A stretch of 64,000 nucleotides of DNA, taken from assembly GCA_026936335.1 (NCBI GenBank), contig JAPMXV010000004.1, forward strand, positions 310,001 to 374,000, in the 5' to 3' direction. Of this stretch, positions 11,424 to 24,259 are shown piece after piece. The translations under genes were made by a program, and so were the position numbers. The notes under the pieces were generated by a model. The model did no database searches. It was given only the letters and a program-made list of their open reading frames with translations, and was not told the origin of the DNA. This stretch comes from Mantamonas sphyraenae STR306 (lineage: Eukaryota; Protista; CRuMs). Each line of letters starts with the position of its first letter. Position 1 is the stretch's first letter.

Positions 11424-13211
11424 TCAATTCTCCAACAGTTCCAATGCACGGCTGGCGTCCACCGTCTCCACGTGGCCCGAACGCCTATCTTGCACCTCGT
11501 ACGCATCGGATGCCAGCGTCTTTGCTGACACAACCACGACCTTTGGGTATCCCACAAGCGCCGCATCCGTCAACTTGACCCCGGCGCCCAGGCGGCGGTC
11601 GTCCAAAATGACATCGTCTGCATTGGGCATGAGAGAGTGCAAGCGCAGCGCATGGTCCATCAGCTCGCCGTTGATGCCTTCGTCCAAGGCCTTTTTCGTG
11701 TGCAACAGCGGTACAATGGCTGTATGGAACGGAGCCAGCGACGCGTTCCAACGTATCCCCTGTGCGTCGTGGTTGGTCTCGATCATGGCCGCCACAATGC
11801 GTGTCAAGCCCAGACCGTAGCATCCCATGTGCATGGGAGTGGCGCTTCCATTGGGACCCGGCACACACGCGTCCAGTTTCGTCGAGTAGTGTGTGCCCAG
11901 GAGGAAGATGTGGCCCACCTCGATGCCACGACGCTCTTGCAGCCGTCCATGGTTACATTCTGGACAGGTGTCGTCGTGTCTGGCCGTACGCACGTCTGCG
12001 TGCAAGGCAGCGTCACCCACGCGTTCGTGTGTGCATTGTACATCAATCACGTGCACCGTTTCCTTGTCCGCGCCTTTGCTCACATCCAAAGCGCCCACTG
12101 CCTTGGTAAGCTTGACTGTGTTGACCTCATCGCCATGGGCCAGCGTCACGCGCACGCGTTGTCCGCCCACCTCCATGTCGACATCCTGGACGCCGCCACT
12201 GGACGCAGGCGCTGTGCCGCGTGCCATTTCTACATTGGCTGCGTAGGAGCAGCTGGAGCAGCTCAGGAGGGTGTCTTCGCCCACGTCGGACAAGACATGA
12301 AACTCGTGCGAGCGGATCCCACCGATGTTGCCGTTGTCTGCTTCGACCATGGCCCAGTCCAGCTCCAGTGTGTTCATGATGTTTGTGTAGCTGTCCATCA
12401 TCACCTCGTACGTTTCCTCCGCGCCGCTCATGTCCTTGTCGAACGAGTACATGTCCTTCATCAAAAACTCGCGCGCACGCATCATGCCAAACCGGGGTCG
12501 TACTTCGTCGCGGTACTTGCGACCTGTGATCCACGCGTCCATCGTTGTGAGCGGGAATCGAGCACGTGTCGAGTCTTTATGTGAGCTGCCGCCGGTGCTG
12601 CAAGGCCGTCTGCCACAAAGTCACTCACCAATTTGGTACAGGCGAAGCGGGAGTTGCTCATGCGATGTCACACAGGTGCGCACAATGTCTGTGATGCACT
12701 CTTCGTGTGTCGGTCCCAAGCAGTATTCGTGGCCAGTTCTATCGTGCAGGCGGATGAGCTCCTTGCCTGTGCTCTCCCACCGCCCTGTCTCCTTCCACAG
12801 GTCGCCCGACAACATGATTGGCATGGAAAGCTTCGTACATCCTGCATGTGTGTGTGCGCGCGCATGTTCATGTGTGTGTGAGTGTTGTCGCGTGAGCACA
12901 AGTAGCTCCAACCTCCTTACCTGCTTGCTGCAGTTCTGTGTCCACAATGTCCTCCAACTTGTCCAATGTGCGCACCCCGAGTGGCAAGATGGAATAAATG
13001 CCATTGGATGACTGTGTACGTCCCCCTCTGTGTCAGGGTCCTTGGTGCGCCTTCCACTGCGAGTGCATGCTCCTCCTCACACACCTACCCGACGCATCAT
13101 GCCAGCACGCAGCATCAACTGGTTGCTCACAATCAGATCGTCGCTGACAGACCTCAGCGTGGGAATGAAGAAGCGCGATACAAGCGCTGGGCCTTTGTTA
13201 CTTGTGCTCAT
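11424..13211 (-). CDS. PARS2: Bacterial-type (probably mitochondrial) prolyl-tRNA synthetase
   Basis: complement(join(11424..12523,12629..12841,12921..13011,13089..13211)). Motifs 'QLMLRAG', 'LGPTHEE', '[26 protein letters not shown]', '[15 protein letters not shown]', '[10 protein letters not shown]', plus an anticodon-binding domain. Confidence 0.93.
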
Positions 13212-13263
13212 CTCGCGTGTCGCTTGTCTCGGGCAAAAACGCTGCTTGTGCCGTCGCTCATGC

Positions 13264-14195
13264 CTACTCTTCCTTTTCCAACTCCTCCAGCTCCTGCAAC
13301 TCTTCTTCTTCCACCACCACCTTGATCGGATCCCTGCTCTTGGGCTTCCTGCCGCTCATGAGGAAGGAGTCAAAGTCAATGCCGCTGCCGCTGCCACTGT
13401 GGCTGCTCGAAGACGATCCTTTGTCTGTGCTGTTCATCACCACCTCAATTTCCAGAGAGCGTCCGTTGAACGAAAGGCCCCGGAAACGGCTGCTGGCCAG
13501 CATGGCGTCCTTGCGGCGCACCATGTCCACCGACGCCTCTCCACCTCGGTACAGCTTGACACCGACCACCTGGCCCACCTCAGAGAACAGCACTTCCAAG
13601 TCCTCACGCGTCAGACTTTCATCCACGTTGTGCAACTCCAATGTGGCTTCTGGGCGCGGCTTCCGCTTCGGATTGATCCAGCCCTTGCGAGGGCGCCCTG
13701 TGCCCCTCTCGCTTCGTGTCAGCTCCCTCCCGTTCTGTTCACTCTCTTCCTCTGCACCCACACACACGCCCGACACACGATCTCGAGCGACCCACCTGTT
13801 CCGTTGCGGCCCTTGCCGTCGATGCGCACCACGCCACGGCGTACCGAGCGGTTCGACTGAGAGCTCGTCGTCGCTGTCGCTCGACGCCCTTGGCCGCCCT
13901 GCTGCGTCCGGTGCACAACGCGTCCACCCGCGGTTCGCCCATTGCTGCTTCCCTGATCACCTCCCCTGCGTCCACCGCCTCCCTGGTTGCGTTGGTTGCC
14001 CCGTGGTTCGTTGTACGGCCGCGAAAGAGTCTGCTTCTGCTTCCCTTCTCGCTTCTCCTTTCCGCTGCCGCTGCTCTTCTTGCTGCTTTCCTGCTTCTCG
14101 CTCTTCTTCTTGCGATCCTTGGCCTGCTTCTCCTTGATCAAAGAGTCCAGCGACAGGGACATCTTCTTCTTCAGCTCCTCCTCGTTGGTTGACAT
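13264..14195 (-). CDS. ALYREF/THOC4-like mRNA export adaptor (single RRM)
   Basis: complement(join(13264..13751,13796..14195)), with a 44-nt intron. N-terminal REF box 'KMSLSLDSLIK', an R/G-rich linker, and RRM 'LELHNVDESLTREDLEVLFSEVG...FNGRSLEIEVV'. Confidence 0.75.
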
Positions 14196-14235
14196 GCTCG
14201 GCTCCCGCGTTTTCCGGTGGTTCTTCCAACGCATC

Positions 14236-17200
14236 ATGTCAGCCTCGAGCGCAACGACCCCGTTGGCTGGCGCATCATCTTCGGCCAATGCGTCTCTCAA
14301 GGCCGAAAAGATCAACGTGTGCCGCCTGCTTGCCTCCAAACTCACCGACGAGGACAACTTCACAAAGTCAGACTTTGCCAGCACCCTCTCGGACGGCATC
14401 CGGTCCCTCCTCAAGGCCATGGGCGACGAAAGTGACGTCGACGTGCGTTTTGTTGCCAACGAGAGCTTCACCCAAGTGCTCGGCGTCCTGGTGCACACGT
14501 ACTCGGAAACCATCCTCCTCGCCCTCTTCAAGGCACTCAGGGCCGGCCGCAGCAGCGGTACCAGTGTTCGCGCACGTGCTGCAGCCCTCACGCATTTTGG
14601 AGCTTTGGCACGGTTCATTGTACCCAAGCAGAGCAAGGCCTTTGCAGCTGCCCTGTGTGGTGATCTCTTTTCGCTTCTGGCCGATCACGAACCCCTCTTT
14701 CTAGTGCGTGTCACCGCCGTTCCCCTCTTCTTGCGCTCATCCAGCAAATGGACATGCTGTCTCCACTCGATTGGCTCACACTGACACCACCCATCTCCAC
14801 CCCGCAGGACGCCCTTCCGCTGGCGTTGACACAGGTGCTGCAAGCGATCGGCAGCTACTTTGCACGCGACGACCTTGGGGGGCTCGTGCGTGCGTTGGTC
14901 AACCTCCTCGACAAGGTGGAAGATGGTAGGTGCATGAGCGTGGTCATTGCGGTGCATGCTTTCGTGCGCTCAGTCCAACCCATCTCCTGACACACGTTCT
15001 GGTTTCGCAGACAAGAGCAATCGCAACATCAGCGCCTGCCTGGGCACACTGCTGCGCAACAGCCCTCACATTCTTATCTCTGAGGTTGCAGAGAGCCTTT
15101 TTACGCGCGTGCACACCTTTCTGGACCATTTCAACACCATTGGCACTGCCGAGGGAGACGGACAGGGCGAGGAAGGCCTCAATCTGCTCGATACGTCTGC
15201 GTCGAGCACAAGCAGCACAGGAGACAGTGGCGACACAGCTACACAGCACCGTGGCAATCTGGCATGCATCGACGCTGTCATCCGCGGGTGTCGCCACACA
15301 GAAGAGCGGCTGTCGCTGCACAAAGGCTCGCTCTTGGCTCCGTACTGTCCGCTGCTGTGGGATTATGTCATGGAGTGTGTGCTCCACAGCGACCATTCCG
15401 TGTCTGTGGACGCTCTGGACACCATGTTTACGCTGATCAAGTTTCACGAGCGTGTCGGAAGCGACACGCGCCAGGCAACCACCACAGCCATTTCCACGGC
15501 CGATCTTGTTGTCAATGTGCTGCGCAACAGCGAAGCACGCATCACCACAAAGGTTTCTGCCATGCGTGTGCTCGTCCCACTGGCCATGGCATACCCCCTC
15601 GTCCTGGTCGCCCAGTTTACATCGGCCGCCAGCGAGTCGGAACTTGACGGCACCGACAACATCATTCTCGATGTGCTGCTTTCGTACACCCTTCATGACG
15701 ACCCACGTCTGCGCGGCACCTGCTTTGTGGTCATTGGTGCCTGGATTGCCACCGTACTCGAGTTTATGCCCTTGTACGTGAGCAAGCACAACTTGGTCAT
15801 CCAGAGCACCTTTCTGCCGCTCCTGCTCAACGACGCCCTGTTGGACAGCGACGCCACGGTTGTCAGACAAGGCCTCGAAGCCGTCTCCTTCATCATGGAA
15901 CCTTTGTTCAAGTCAGAGTGGGCAGCGTGGACAGTGCTGTTTGTCCGTCGCTCCCTCGGTCTGCTGCGCTCCAACTATTGGCTTGTGCGAGCTCAGTCCA
16001 TGCGGTTGCTGTGTACAAAGATCCCATTTGATGTGATGGCCTACCTGGAACGCTTCCAACAGCAGCAGATTGTGCAGGTTGCGGGCAACCTTCGTGGGGA
16101 CGAAGCCAGCGCACAGCCCTGGCCCAAGGGAGCCAACTCCTGCCAAAGCCTGCTCCTGCGTGCCTTACATGACATGCTGGGCCACGAGGACAGTAAGATT
16201 GTCAGCAGCGCTTGCCGTGGCCTTGCGTCGCTTGTGCCCAACCTGTACTTTGCCAGCGAGTTCCAGCTGGCAAATGACATCGAGTGTCAAGAGCAACTGC
16301 TGGCCCGCTTTGCCAAACGAGCCATCCACCGTTTCTCCATAGTGGCCAATTACAGCTCGCCGGAGTGGCTGGACGACGCTTGCGGCTTTGACGCCGCCGT
16401 GCGAGCTGACACGATGGAGAACTCCTCGGATATCACGCACCAGGCAGTGTTGCCTGCACACGAATTCGATGGCGAATACCACGAACGTGTGGCTTCGAAC
16501 CTTTCGCACATCATCCCTCAGCTCATTCGCCGTTGCGGCGCGTTGAACAACCGCCACGTCGTACGAGGCACCTTTCAGGCCATCCGCGTCCTCACCTCGG
16601 TCTATGACGCTGATGCACGGTACAACTTTGCTGCTGGACACACGCAGTGGCAGTTTGACCACACTTTTGCCAACCTGTTTCGCAATACGGGCCCCATTGT
16701 GCACCAGCTCAACAGCCACTTTGGCAACGACGTCAAGGTGTTTGGTCTGCCCCGCAGCGGCACCCATGTGTACTTTGACGACTTGGTGCCCCTCATCACC
16801 GACCGGCTGTTGTCCACGTCGATGGGCACGGATCTGGCCTTGCATTCGGACATGCTGCGTCTGATCGGCAACCTGTTCCCCAAAAACGGCAAGGGCTTTG
16901 AGATCTACGCCGAGCCTGTGTTGCGCCACGTGCTTCGTGTGCTCAACATTTGCGCACACATCATGTTTGACCTGCCGGTGGCGGCATCCAAGGTGGGAGT
17001 GGGCACCACAGCGTCCGAGTCGTCGCCCGTGTCTGGACAGACGAGCCGCGACGTTTCTCTGAGTCACTTTGCACACGAACCAGCCTATTTGGCGCTGTAT
17101 GACGTACTCAAGCGTGCCTACTCGCCCATGACGGCCATGGCAAGTGACGACCATGCCTTCAAGCAGATGCAACGCAGCGCATTGCACACGCTCTCGGTGG

Positions 17201-20200
17201 TCATTCTCAACCTGGGCCCACGTGCGAGCGCGCATGCAGAGGACATTTTGCATGTCATGGCGCACCATATGGTCTCCCAGCCCATCTTGGTCATCGAAAG
17301 CATCCGCAAACTGTTCTTTTCCGTGTTTGGTCCTCCGTCCGAGTACGAGCTGTCCATCATGGAAGGCGGCAGCGGTAGCAGCAGCGGCAGCAGCAGTCGA
17401 AGTGACACAGGCTCAGCGTCGTCGTCGTCGTCGTCGCCGGGGAAGGGCAAACTGACACGGCAAAACAGCGCTGCGTGGTTGCAGATGTCCATGAGCGATC
17501 ATGGTGGCAACAGCACGTCCAACGTGGCCCATTTGTACAACGCTTTGTTTTCGGGCTCTCGTATGCACAGTGTTGCCAGCACACCGCAGCTGGAGCAGCT
17601 GATGAACCAGGAGGTGCGCGATGAGAGCGCACTGGCAAAAGAACTGGATCGCGGCTTGGAGAGCGATGACGACGACTCGTTCACGCTGTTGTCACGCCAG
17701 GACTCGGTGGTGCAGGAGGCCATTGCAGATAGCGGCACGGCGCCGCAGCAGGATTGGCCCGCACGATCCGAGTCGCTTCGCTTTCTGGAGACCTTCCGCA
17801 AGAATTCGCACTTTTTCCTGAGCGACGCCAGTGCTGCAGTGGCTGCGGTTTCAGAGTCGGAACAAGACAGAGCTGACGGGGAATCAAGCGACGCGGGTCG
17901 GGAAATGGCCTTTCAGGACATGCAAGGGGCTGAGGGGGACGAGACACGGGACGATTCTCCCGGAGCAGCTTCGGCTGCAAGAGCGAGCCCCAGCATACGA
18001 CGTGCGTTTTCGCCGTCTGTTGGGGCGGGCGTGTACAAACAGTACAACCAATCACCTGCCAAAGGGACCGCGAACGGTGAGCTGCTCGGGCGTGGCGAAA
18101 AGCCGCATCCATACCAGATCAAGATGCAGGAGACGCACAAAGACCTGATGCGGCAGTTCCAGCCACTTGTGGCAGTGGGGATGCGCATGTACAGACAGAG
18201 CAACGACGTGGAGGTGCAAGTGGCGTTGCTGGGATTGTTGTCTCAGCTGATTGCGGCGCGCATCGACTTTCGCGCGCTGGACCGTGACGACGTCTTTCTA
18301 CAGTTTGTGTGTCAACAAGCTCGAGAAATCAACCAGAGGGTGACGGATCCGGAGCGGTTGTTGCCAGTGATCATGGATTTTCTGTCCAAACTCATCCTGG
18401 TCAAAGCGCACCCGTCGGAGTCGATGGATGCGGACAAGCTGCTTGACATGGTGATGGCACTGATCGACAACCCGGCTGTGGATGCAGACACGACGCTGCA
18501 CTCGCTGACAACCATGGTGTACATCCTGTACGGGCCCAAGTGGTCGCCGTCGCTCCGTGTGGACACGTCGCTGGGCATCTTGAAGGACAACGTGTTTTCG
18601 CTGGTGATCAGCAACATGCGACGCTGCAAGGGCATTCAGGTGGCGACGTACGCGTTGAAATTGGCGTCGCAGCACGAGCTCAGTGAAGACTGGCAGTTGT
18701 GCTCGGAGAAAGCGATGCAGCTGATTCTTCCGCAGCTGGCGTCAACGAAACGGGCGCTGGCAGGCATGCAAACGGAGTTGGAGGTGTGCAAGGTGCAGCA
18801 ACTGTTTGACAGCATGGACAAGAGTATCCTGGACACAGAGTTTCTGCTGAGCATGGTTGTGGAACTCGCAGGAATGGTGACGACCGATGTTTTGGGTGGC
18901 ATGGCGTCGCCACAGCGGCAGCACGGCCAGCAGGAGGCAGAGGAGGAAGCGAGGCATTCGCTGTTCAAGCAGAGACTGCAAGGGGACCAAGTGCCGTGGC
19001 TATTCAACAGTCTGCTGGCCGTGCGGCTGATGACGTTGTACAACAGCGCAGATTTGGTGGCGACGCTGAAGGAACTGATGGACAAGGCTCAGCACAGACG
19101 AAGTGCAGAAAGCGTACTGCAAGGGGTGCTTTCTGAGGAGCAGCTGGGGGAGTGGCACAGCGCATGGAGCGGGGAGGACCTGCTTGTGAGGTTGATGCTT
19201 GCGTTTGTTGTCAGCATTGTGCGCGGCGTGCTTGGAAGAGGTAACCGCGCTCTGAGTGCGGAGGTAGGCTATGCGCTGTTCCACATGGTGCACACGAGCA
19301 ATGTGCTGATCCGAATGGTGGTGGACTCGACGAGCACGGGAGTTGTGCAACGCACGCTTCTGGAGCCGATTGTGGGCTCGTTGACGCGTGCTGTGTTTGG
19401 CAATGTGTCTTCGGGAGAATGGGAGCCGGATCTTGTGGTGGCCACGTGCCATCTGGTGTCGTTCTTGGACGCGTGCGTGGAGGAGAATGCGCAAACGTCG
19501 GCCAACTTGTGGATGGCGTGTATGCCTGCGAATCTGGAGGCAGAGATTAGCCGTACGGGTCTCGTGTCGCACGTGCTGTCCAACCCCATTGTGCTTGCAT
19601 TCAGTCACAGCGTGACGGGCCGCCGAGAGAACGGGTGTGCGGTGAACATGGAGGAGCTGTCGAGCGACTCGCGTCGAGAGTCACTGCCGTTGATCCTGAT
19701 TAATCTCAGCCGGCTGGTGGACTATGCGTCCGTGAGACAATTGACACAAAGTGTTGTGCAAGATCGAAAGGCGGTGGACATGATGGTGGCGCTGTTGGAG
19801 CAGGAGCTTGAGAGCTTGGAGGTTGCGGGACGTGCAGCTGCGCGACGCATGCAAATGCTACAGACGCTGGAGTTGCTCCCGGATGCGCACATGGTGGCCC
19901 ACTTGCGGTTTGTGATTGTGTGGATGATGGATTCGTGCCAGCTGGGACTGCGAGCAGCTGCAGCGAGCTACGTCGAGCGGCTGTGTACAGGCCAAGGCAG
20001 GGAAGGGATGAGTGAGGAAGAGGTGGAACGGACATTGGACGCGTATGTGGCACTGAAACGCAGCAGGAGGTCGACACATATGGACGGCGTGCTGGACAGA
20101 TGGAGTGGGGGCCGATTGACAGAGCGGACAGAGGCAGCCACAGGTGTGGGTGGCGCAGAAGACGGAGGATTCGAGGCGTTTGTGATGCACAGGTGCACCA

Positions 20201-23166
20201 AAGATGCCGAACACGCGCTGCAGTCGCTTGCTGGGATTGGCAGGGTGCTGAACACGGAGCAGCTACGCGCGATGCTGCTGAACGCACGGTTCGACGAGTC
20301 ACTGGTGGTGTCGTTGGCCGGAGACGAAAGCATGGATGCGCACGCAGACATGCTGCGTGCTGTATTGATGGACAAGGTGGAGGCGGATGCAGGCGTGGTG
20401 TGGGTACAGGCGCTCGGGGCAGCGGTTGCTCGTGATCGGGTTGCCCAGCTGGGAGTGTACGCCAGTGCAGAGGCTCAGGAGGCGCTGCAACGGGTGTGTT
20501 GCCAAATGTGGGAGCGCACGCAAGGTCGATTGCAGAGGCGACTGTGGATGACGAGCGTGCTGGACACGGTGCAGGAGGTGTTTCTGCTGGCAGGTGGTCA
20601 GGAGGTAGAGGCGTGGCAGGAACTGATTGTGGCTGTGTTTTGTGTGTACAAGCGCTTGTTTCAAACGCGCTGGAAGACGTTGATGCTGAGTGATTTCCCG
20701 TACGCAAGCGTTTCGCAGAGGGAGGCGCAGCTGATGGAGGCGGTGGAAACGCGGGAGGCCCGGGATTTGGAGGAAGTTCATTTGCGCTATGTGATGATCT
20801 GTCTGCTCCGACCGCTGTGGACAGGGGTGGAGAGCGAACAGCGTGGATCGCAGCGAGTGCGCGGGGCGGTGGAGAGCGACTTTGTGCTGAGCCGTGCGAT
20901 TCTGCAAGGGTGGCGCAATTTGGCGCTGAGCATCGCGCGGATGGACACACGTTACACATACAACCTTTGGCGGATGCCAGGAAGTGGAGAAGAGGGCGTG
21001 GACGACGAGCTGGGCAGTGCAGTGGAGGCGCGTGTTGCCACGCGGCAGTCGCTTCCGCTGCTGGGAAGGGCGGCAGAACAATATTTTGCGTTGCAAGATG
21101 CGAGTCCCGAGGCCTTGGAGGGAGTGGTGCGGCTTGTGAATGTCGTGGGATACCGAGACTCGGCGACGTTCCGCATGGTGTGGAACCTGCTTGCCACAGC
21201 GCTGGAACTTGCAGCAGGCGACGACGGAGACGGGATGGTGGACCGAGCGTCTGAGATGGAGCGGTTGGCGCTAGTCGGATTGCGTGGTTTGTTGATGCAA
21301 CTGAGCTGTACTGTGGCGGGCGACCCAAGCTCTGGGGTGCGGTTTGTACCGGACGACGCGGAGGTTCTGTTGGAAAAGAACGCGTTGAGCGAGCACATGG
21401 TCAAGGTGCGGGATCTGGTGGAGGCACGGTTGCATGAACAGGTGCTGGATGAGAGTCTGCGAGACTGGCGTGCGTTCCGGACGATGGAGGTGGAGGACGC
21501 CACGGATGGGGACGGCACGGCAGACAGCAGCATGGAGCCTCTGGCACGACGCACGGGTAGTCTGCGTGCAGCGGTGCGCAGTGAAAAAGGCAGCGGACGG
21601 GCCGAAGAGGGGAGCGGAAGCGGTGGTGGCAGGAGCATGTCGGCAGCCTATCACAATCACACCGACCGGCTGACAGATTGGGAGAGGTACGGGGCGTGTC
21701 AACGCAGTGTGGGTGAGCTGAGAAAGCTTCACGTGTACGCATGGGAGGATGTGGATGTGGCGCATTTGGTGAGCACGATGGTGCAGTTTCTGCAGCGGGA
21801 GGTGGAACGGTGCAGCGGGCGGACAGAACCGCGGCTGCTGGTGGAGATTTGCAGCTCGCTGACGGTGTTGGCAGATATGTTTCACAGCAGCAGTCTGTAC
21901 GACAGCACGGTGAGCGTGTTTTCGTGGATGTTGGAGGAGCTGTACGGAGAAGACCGGGAGATGGAATCGATGCTGTACGCGCCTGTGCTGCTGGGATTGT
22001 GCAAGTGTATGGCTGTGCGTCACACGAGCACACTGACGAAATCAGTGTGCACGTGGCTGGCCGGCCATGTGACGCGGGCGCTGGAAGGGAACAGCGAGAG
22101 CGTACGGCTGGCGGGGATGCAGTCGCTGGTGTACCTGGTGCAGGGCAAGATGGACGAAGTGGTGAGCAAAGTGTTGTCGACTGCATTTGCGAGCTCCATC
22201 GAGGTGCTGAGCAGGCGGCTGTGCGTACAACGGGTGCGGCTGCAAGGGGCGTCGCTTGCGTTGCTGCTGCTGGAGCGGTACCCGCAAGCTGCGGCGCAGC
22301 TCAAGGTGACAAAGGATGTGGTGGATGTGGCTGTGCAGCTGGCCGGGGAGCGGGGACAGGCGGGACACCTGCGCCAGCTGCTGTGCGCCTTTCGTGGACT
22401 GGAGCGCCTGTTTGTGTCGTATGCGGTGGAGCACACGTACAGACGACGCATCGGAATGCTGGTAGACAACGAGCGGATGGAAGGGCGTGTGTGTCTGGTG
22501 CCCTTTCTTGCGCAGCTAGGCTTGTTTGTGAGCTGTTTGTACTCTGGCGACGTGGCGAATCCGTTCGAGTCATCGCAGGGCAGGCTGATGCAAGAAACAG
22601 AGGATTCGTACCTGAACGTGACGGAAAAGGTGGTTGTGCTGTTCCAAAAGATGCGGCACGGCCAAGCAGAGGTGGGCGTGGTGGTGAGCCAAGTGCTGCC
22701 GCAGATTCTTGTGGATTTCCTGCAGATGGACCAAAGCCTGAGTCTGGTGGTGGGCGAGCTGACGCAGTACACGGAGCCGAACCACTTGGTGGCGCAGGTG
22801 TGGGTGGGATTGGCGCGATGCCTGCAACGGCGCAGCGGAGGGGCTGCAATGCTGCGAGAGTGGGTGCTGATGTGCATGGCTACACTGGCGACAGTGCAGG
22901 TGGAAGAACATGCAGTGTGGGCACTGACGGTGCTGTTTCTGAGTGCCAGCCACGACGACCAGCTGTTGTGGCTGTTGCCAAATGTGCTGAGGCGAGTGCA
23001 GCGTGACGACGGCCTGTTTGAACGTGCGGCAGTGGAGTTTTGGGCGAGTCTGGAGACAGAAGAGGACAGAGGCATGTTTGTCAAGGCATTGCGGGGCAAC
23101 GAGGGCTGGCAAGGACCAGCCGTGTTTGTGAGGGTTTTGAGCGAGTGCATTGGAACATCTGAATGA
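14236..23166 (+). CDS. HTT: Huntingtin orthologue (~2,910 aa HEAT-repeat scaffold)
   Basis: join(14236..14703,14808..14925,15011..23166). Collinear HTT-like blocks: 'DESDVDVRFVANESF', 'RAAALTHFGALARFIVP', 'HDDPRLRG', 'SNYWLVR', 'DLALHSDMLRLIGNL', 'YLALYDVLKRAY', 'FQPLV...Y...VQVALLGLLSQLI...LDRDDVFLQFV', 'VLPQILVDF', 'MLREWVLMC'. Confidence 0.9.
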
Positions 23167-23189
23167 TGAATGATGATGGGTGGACATCT

Positions 23190-24107
23190 CTACCACAATT
23201 TGATGTCGCCCGGGTGCTGTTTGTCTTGATCATCGAGAGAGGCTTGCGGGGCGACGTCGACGTAGAGCGGGTCCTGGCGTTCGACCCATTTGGAGGACAG
23301 GTAGTTGCCAAGGCGCTTGACGACCATACCGACACAGAGGAGTGCGGCGAAAGTGTCACTAGCGGAGCGTGCATAGAACCATGCGCCGGTGCGGAGGAGA
23401 ATTCCCACGAGGCCAAAGAACAGGCCCAGGACATTTGCAGGTGAGTTACCCACGGCAAGCCAATCGCGCCCAGCATGGCGGAACCGACTAACGGCGTCGC
23501 CGACGAGTTGAGCAAGGAGCGAAAGGACGAGGAAGGTATAAAAAAGGGCACTTGTGCGGGGACTTCCAGGGTCGCCGAGCACGCTCAGAAACATCAAGGC
23601 CCAGCCGACGACCTGAAGGAGGATGGATGTGAGACGGACGCGACGCATATGCAAACGCGATTCGACGGTGGTGGCAAAGTAGAGCGCACGCATGGGGGTG
23701 TGCTGGGCGTGGTCAAGGCGGCCCGAGTTGCGGAGGCCGCGAAGATTTTTCTTGAAGTTTTCGCAGACTTGAGGGGTGTCAAACACAAGGAGCATTGTGG
23801 TTTCATGGTTGCCAAAGACGACTTCTGTGTGGGTGGGCTCGTCGGGGAAGTCGCGGACGTAAACGACGTTTTGGACGGGAAACTCCTTGCGTTTCCCTCC
23901 TGTGCGTACGCTGTATAGGCGCACGACGTGCTCTGCAAAGTCAATGTCCAGCCAGCGGTTGAAGGAAAAGCCCACAACAGAGACGCGGTGGCAGTGGTAG
24001 CGCACGGAATTTGTGTCTTTGAGGAGGATGCTGCCGTTCTTTTTGAGCGGGGCAGTTTCCTGTGTATCAAGCGTGCCCAGTTCCTCCGAGTCCGCGCGTT
24101 CGGTCAT
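23190..24107 (-). CDS. Hypothetical membrane protein: N-terminal PH-like domain plus ~4 TM helices (305 aa)
   Basis: The likely start is ATG 24107 (MTERADSEELG). A beta-rich stretch ending in an amphipathic helix ('LVFDTPQVCENFKKNL') is followed by four hydrophobic segments. The ORF fills the gap between HTT and the GNAT-like gene. Confidence 0.65.
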   Translation of the reverse strand: MTERADSEELGTLDTQETAPLKKNGSILLKDTNSVRYHCHRVSVVGFSFNRWLDIDFAEHVVRLYSVRTGGKRKEFPVQNVVYVRDFPDEPTHTEVVFGNHETTMLLVFDTPQVCENFKKNLRGLRNSGRLDHAQHTPMRALYFATTVESRLHMRRVRLTSILLQVVGWALMFLSVLGDPGSPRTSALFYTFLVLSLLAQLVGDAVSRFRHAGRDWLAVGNSPANVLGLFFGLVGILLRTGAWFYARSASDTFAALLCVGMVVKRLGNYLSSKWVERQDPLYVDVAPQASLDDQDKQHPGDIKLW

Positions 24108-24259
24108 GGTTGCTGCAAGGGAAAGAAAAACGAGAGTAGCAGGAAGGAGGATCAAACGGCAGGGGCTGGATCGACACGCGTGACGACGGCAGATGTGGCG
24201 AGGCTTGCGGTGGTGGCGAAGGGGCGGCCCCTGAGGAGACAAGAAAAAACTTGTTTGCC

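Noticed and set aside
14193-14196. Shared CATG giving overlapping starts for ALYREF-like (-) and HTT (+)
   Set aside because: The in-frame ATG at 14194 exists, but 14236 is the more plausible HTT start; cannot be resolved without TSS data.
16057-16068. QQQQ in huntingtin as the polyQ tract
   Set aside because: Internal, four residues long and not at the homologous N-terminal position.
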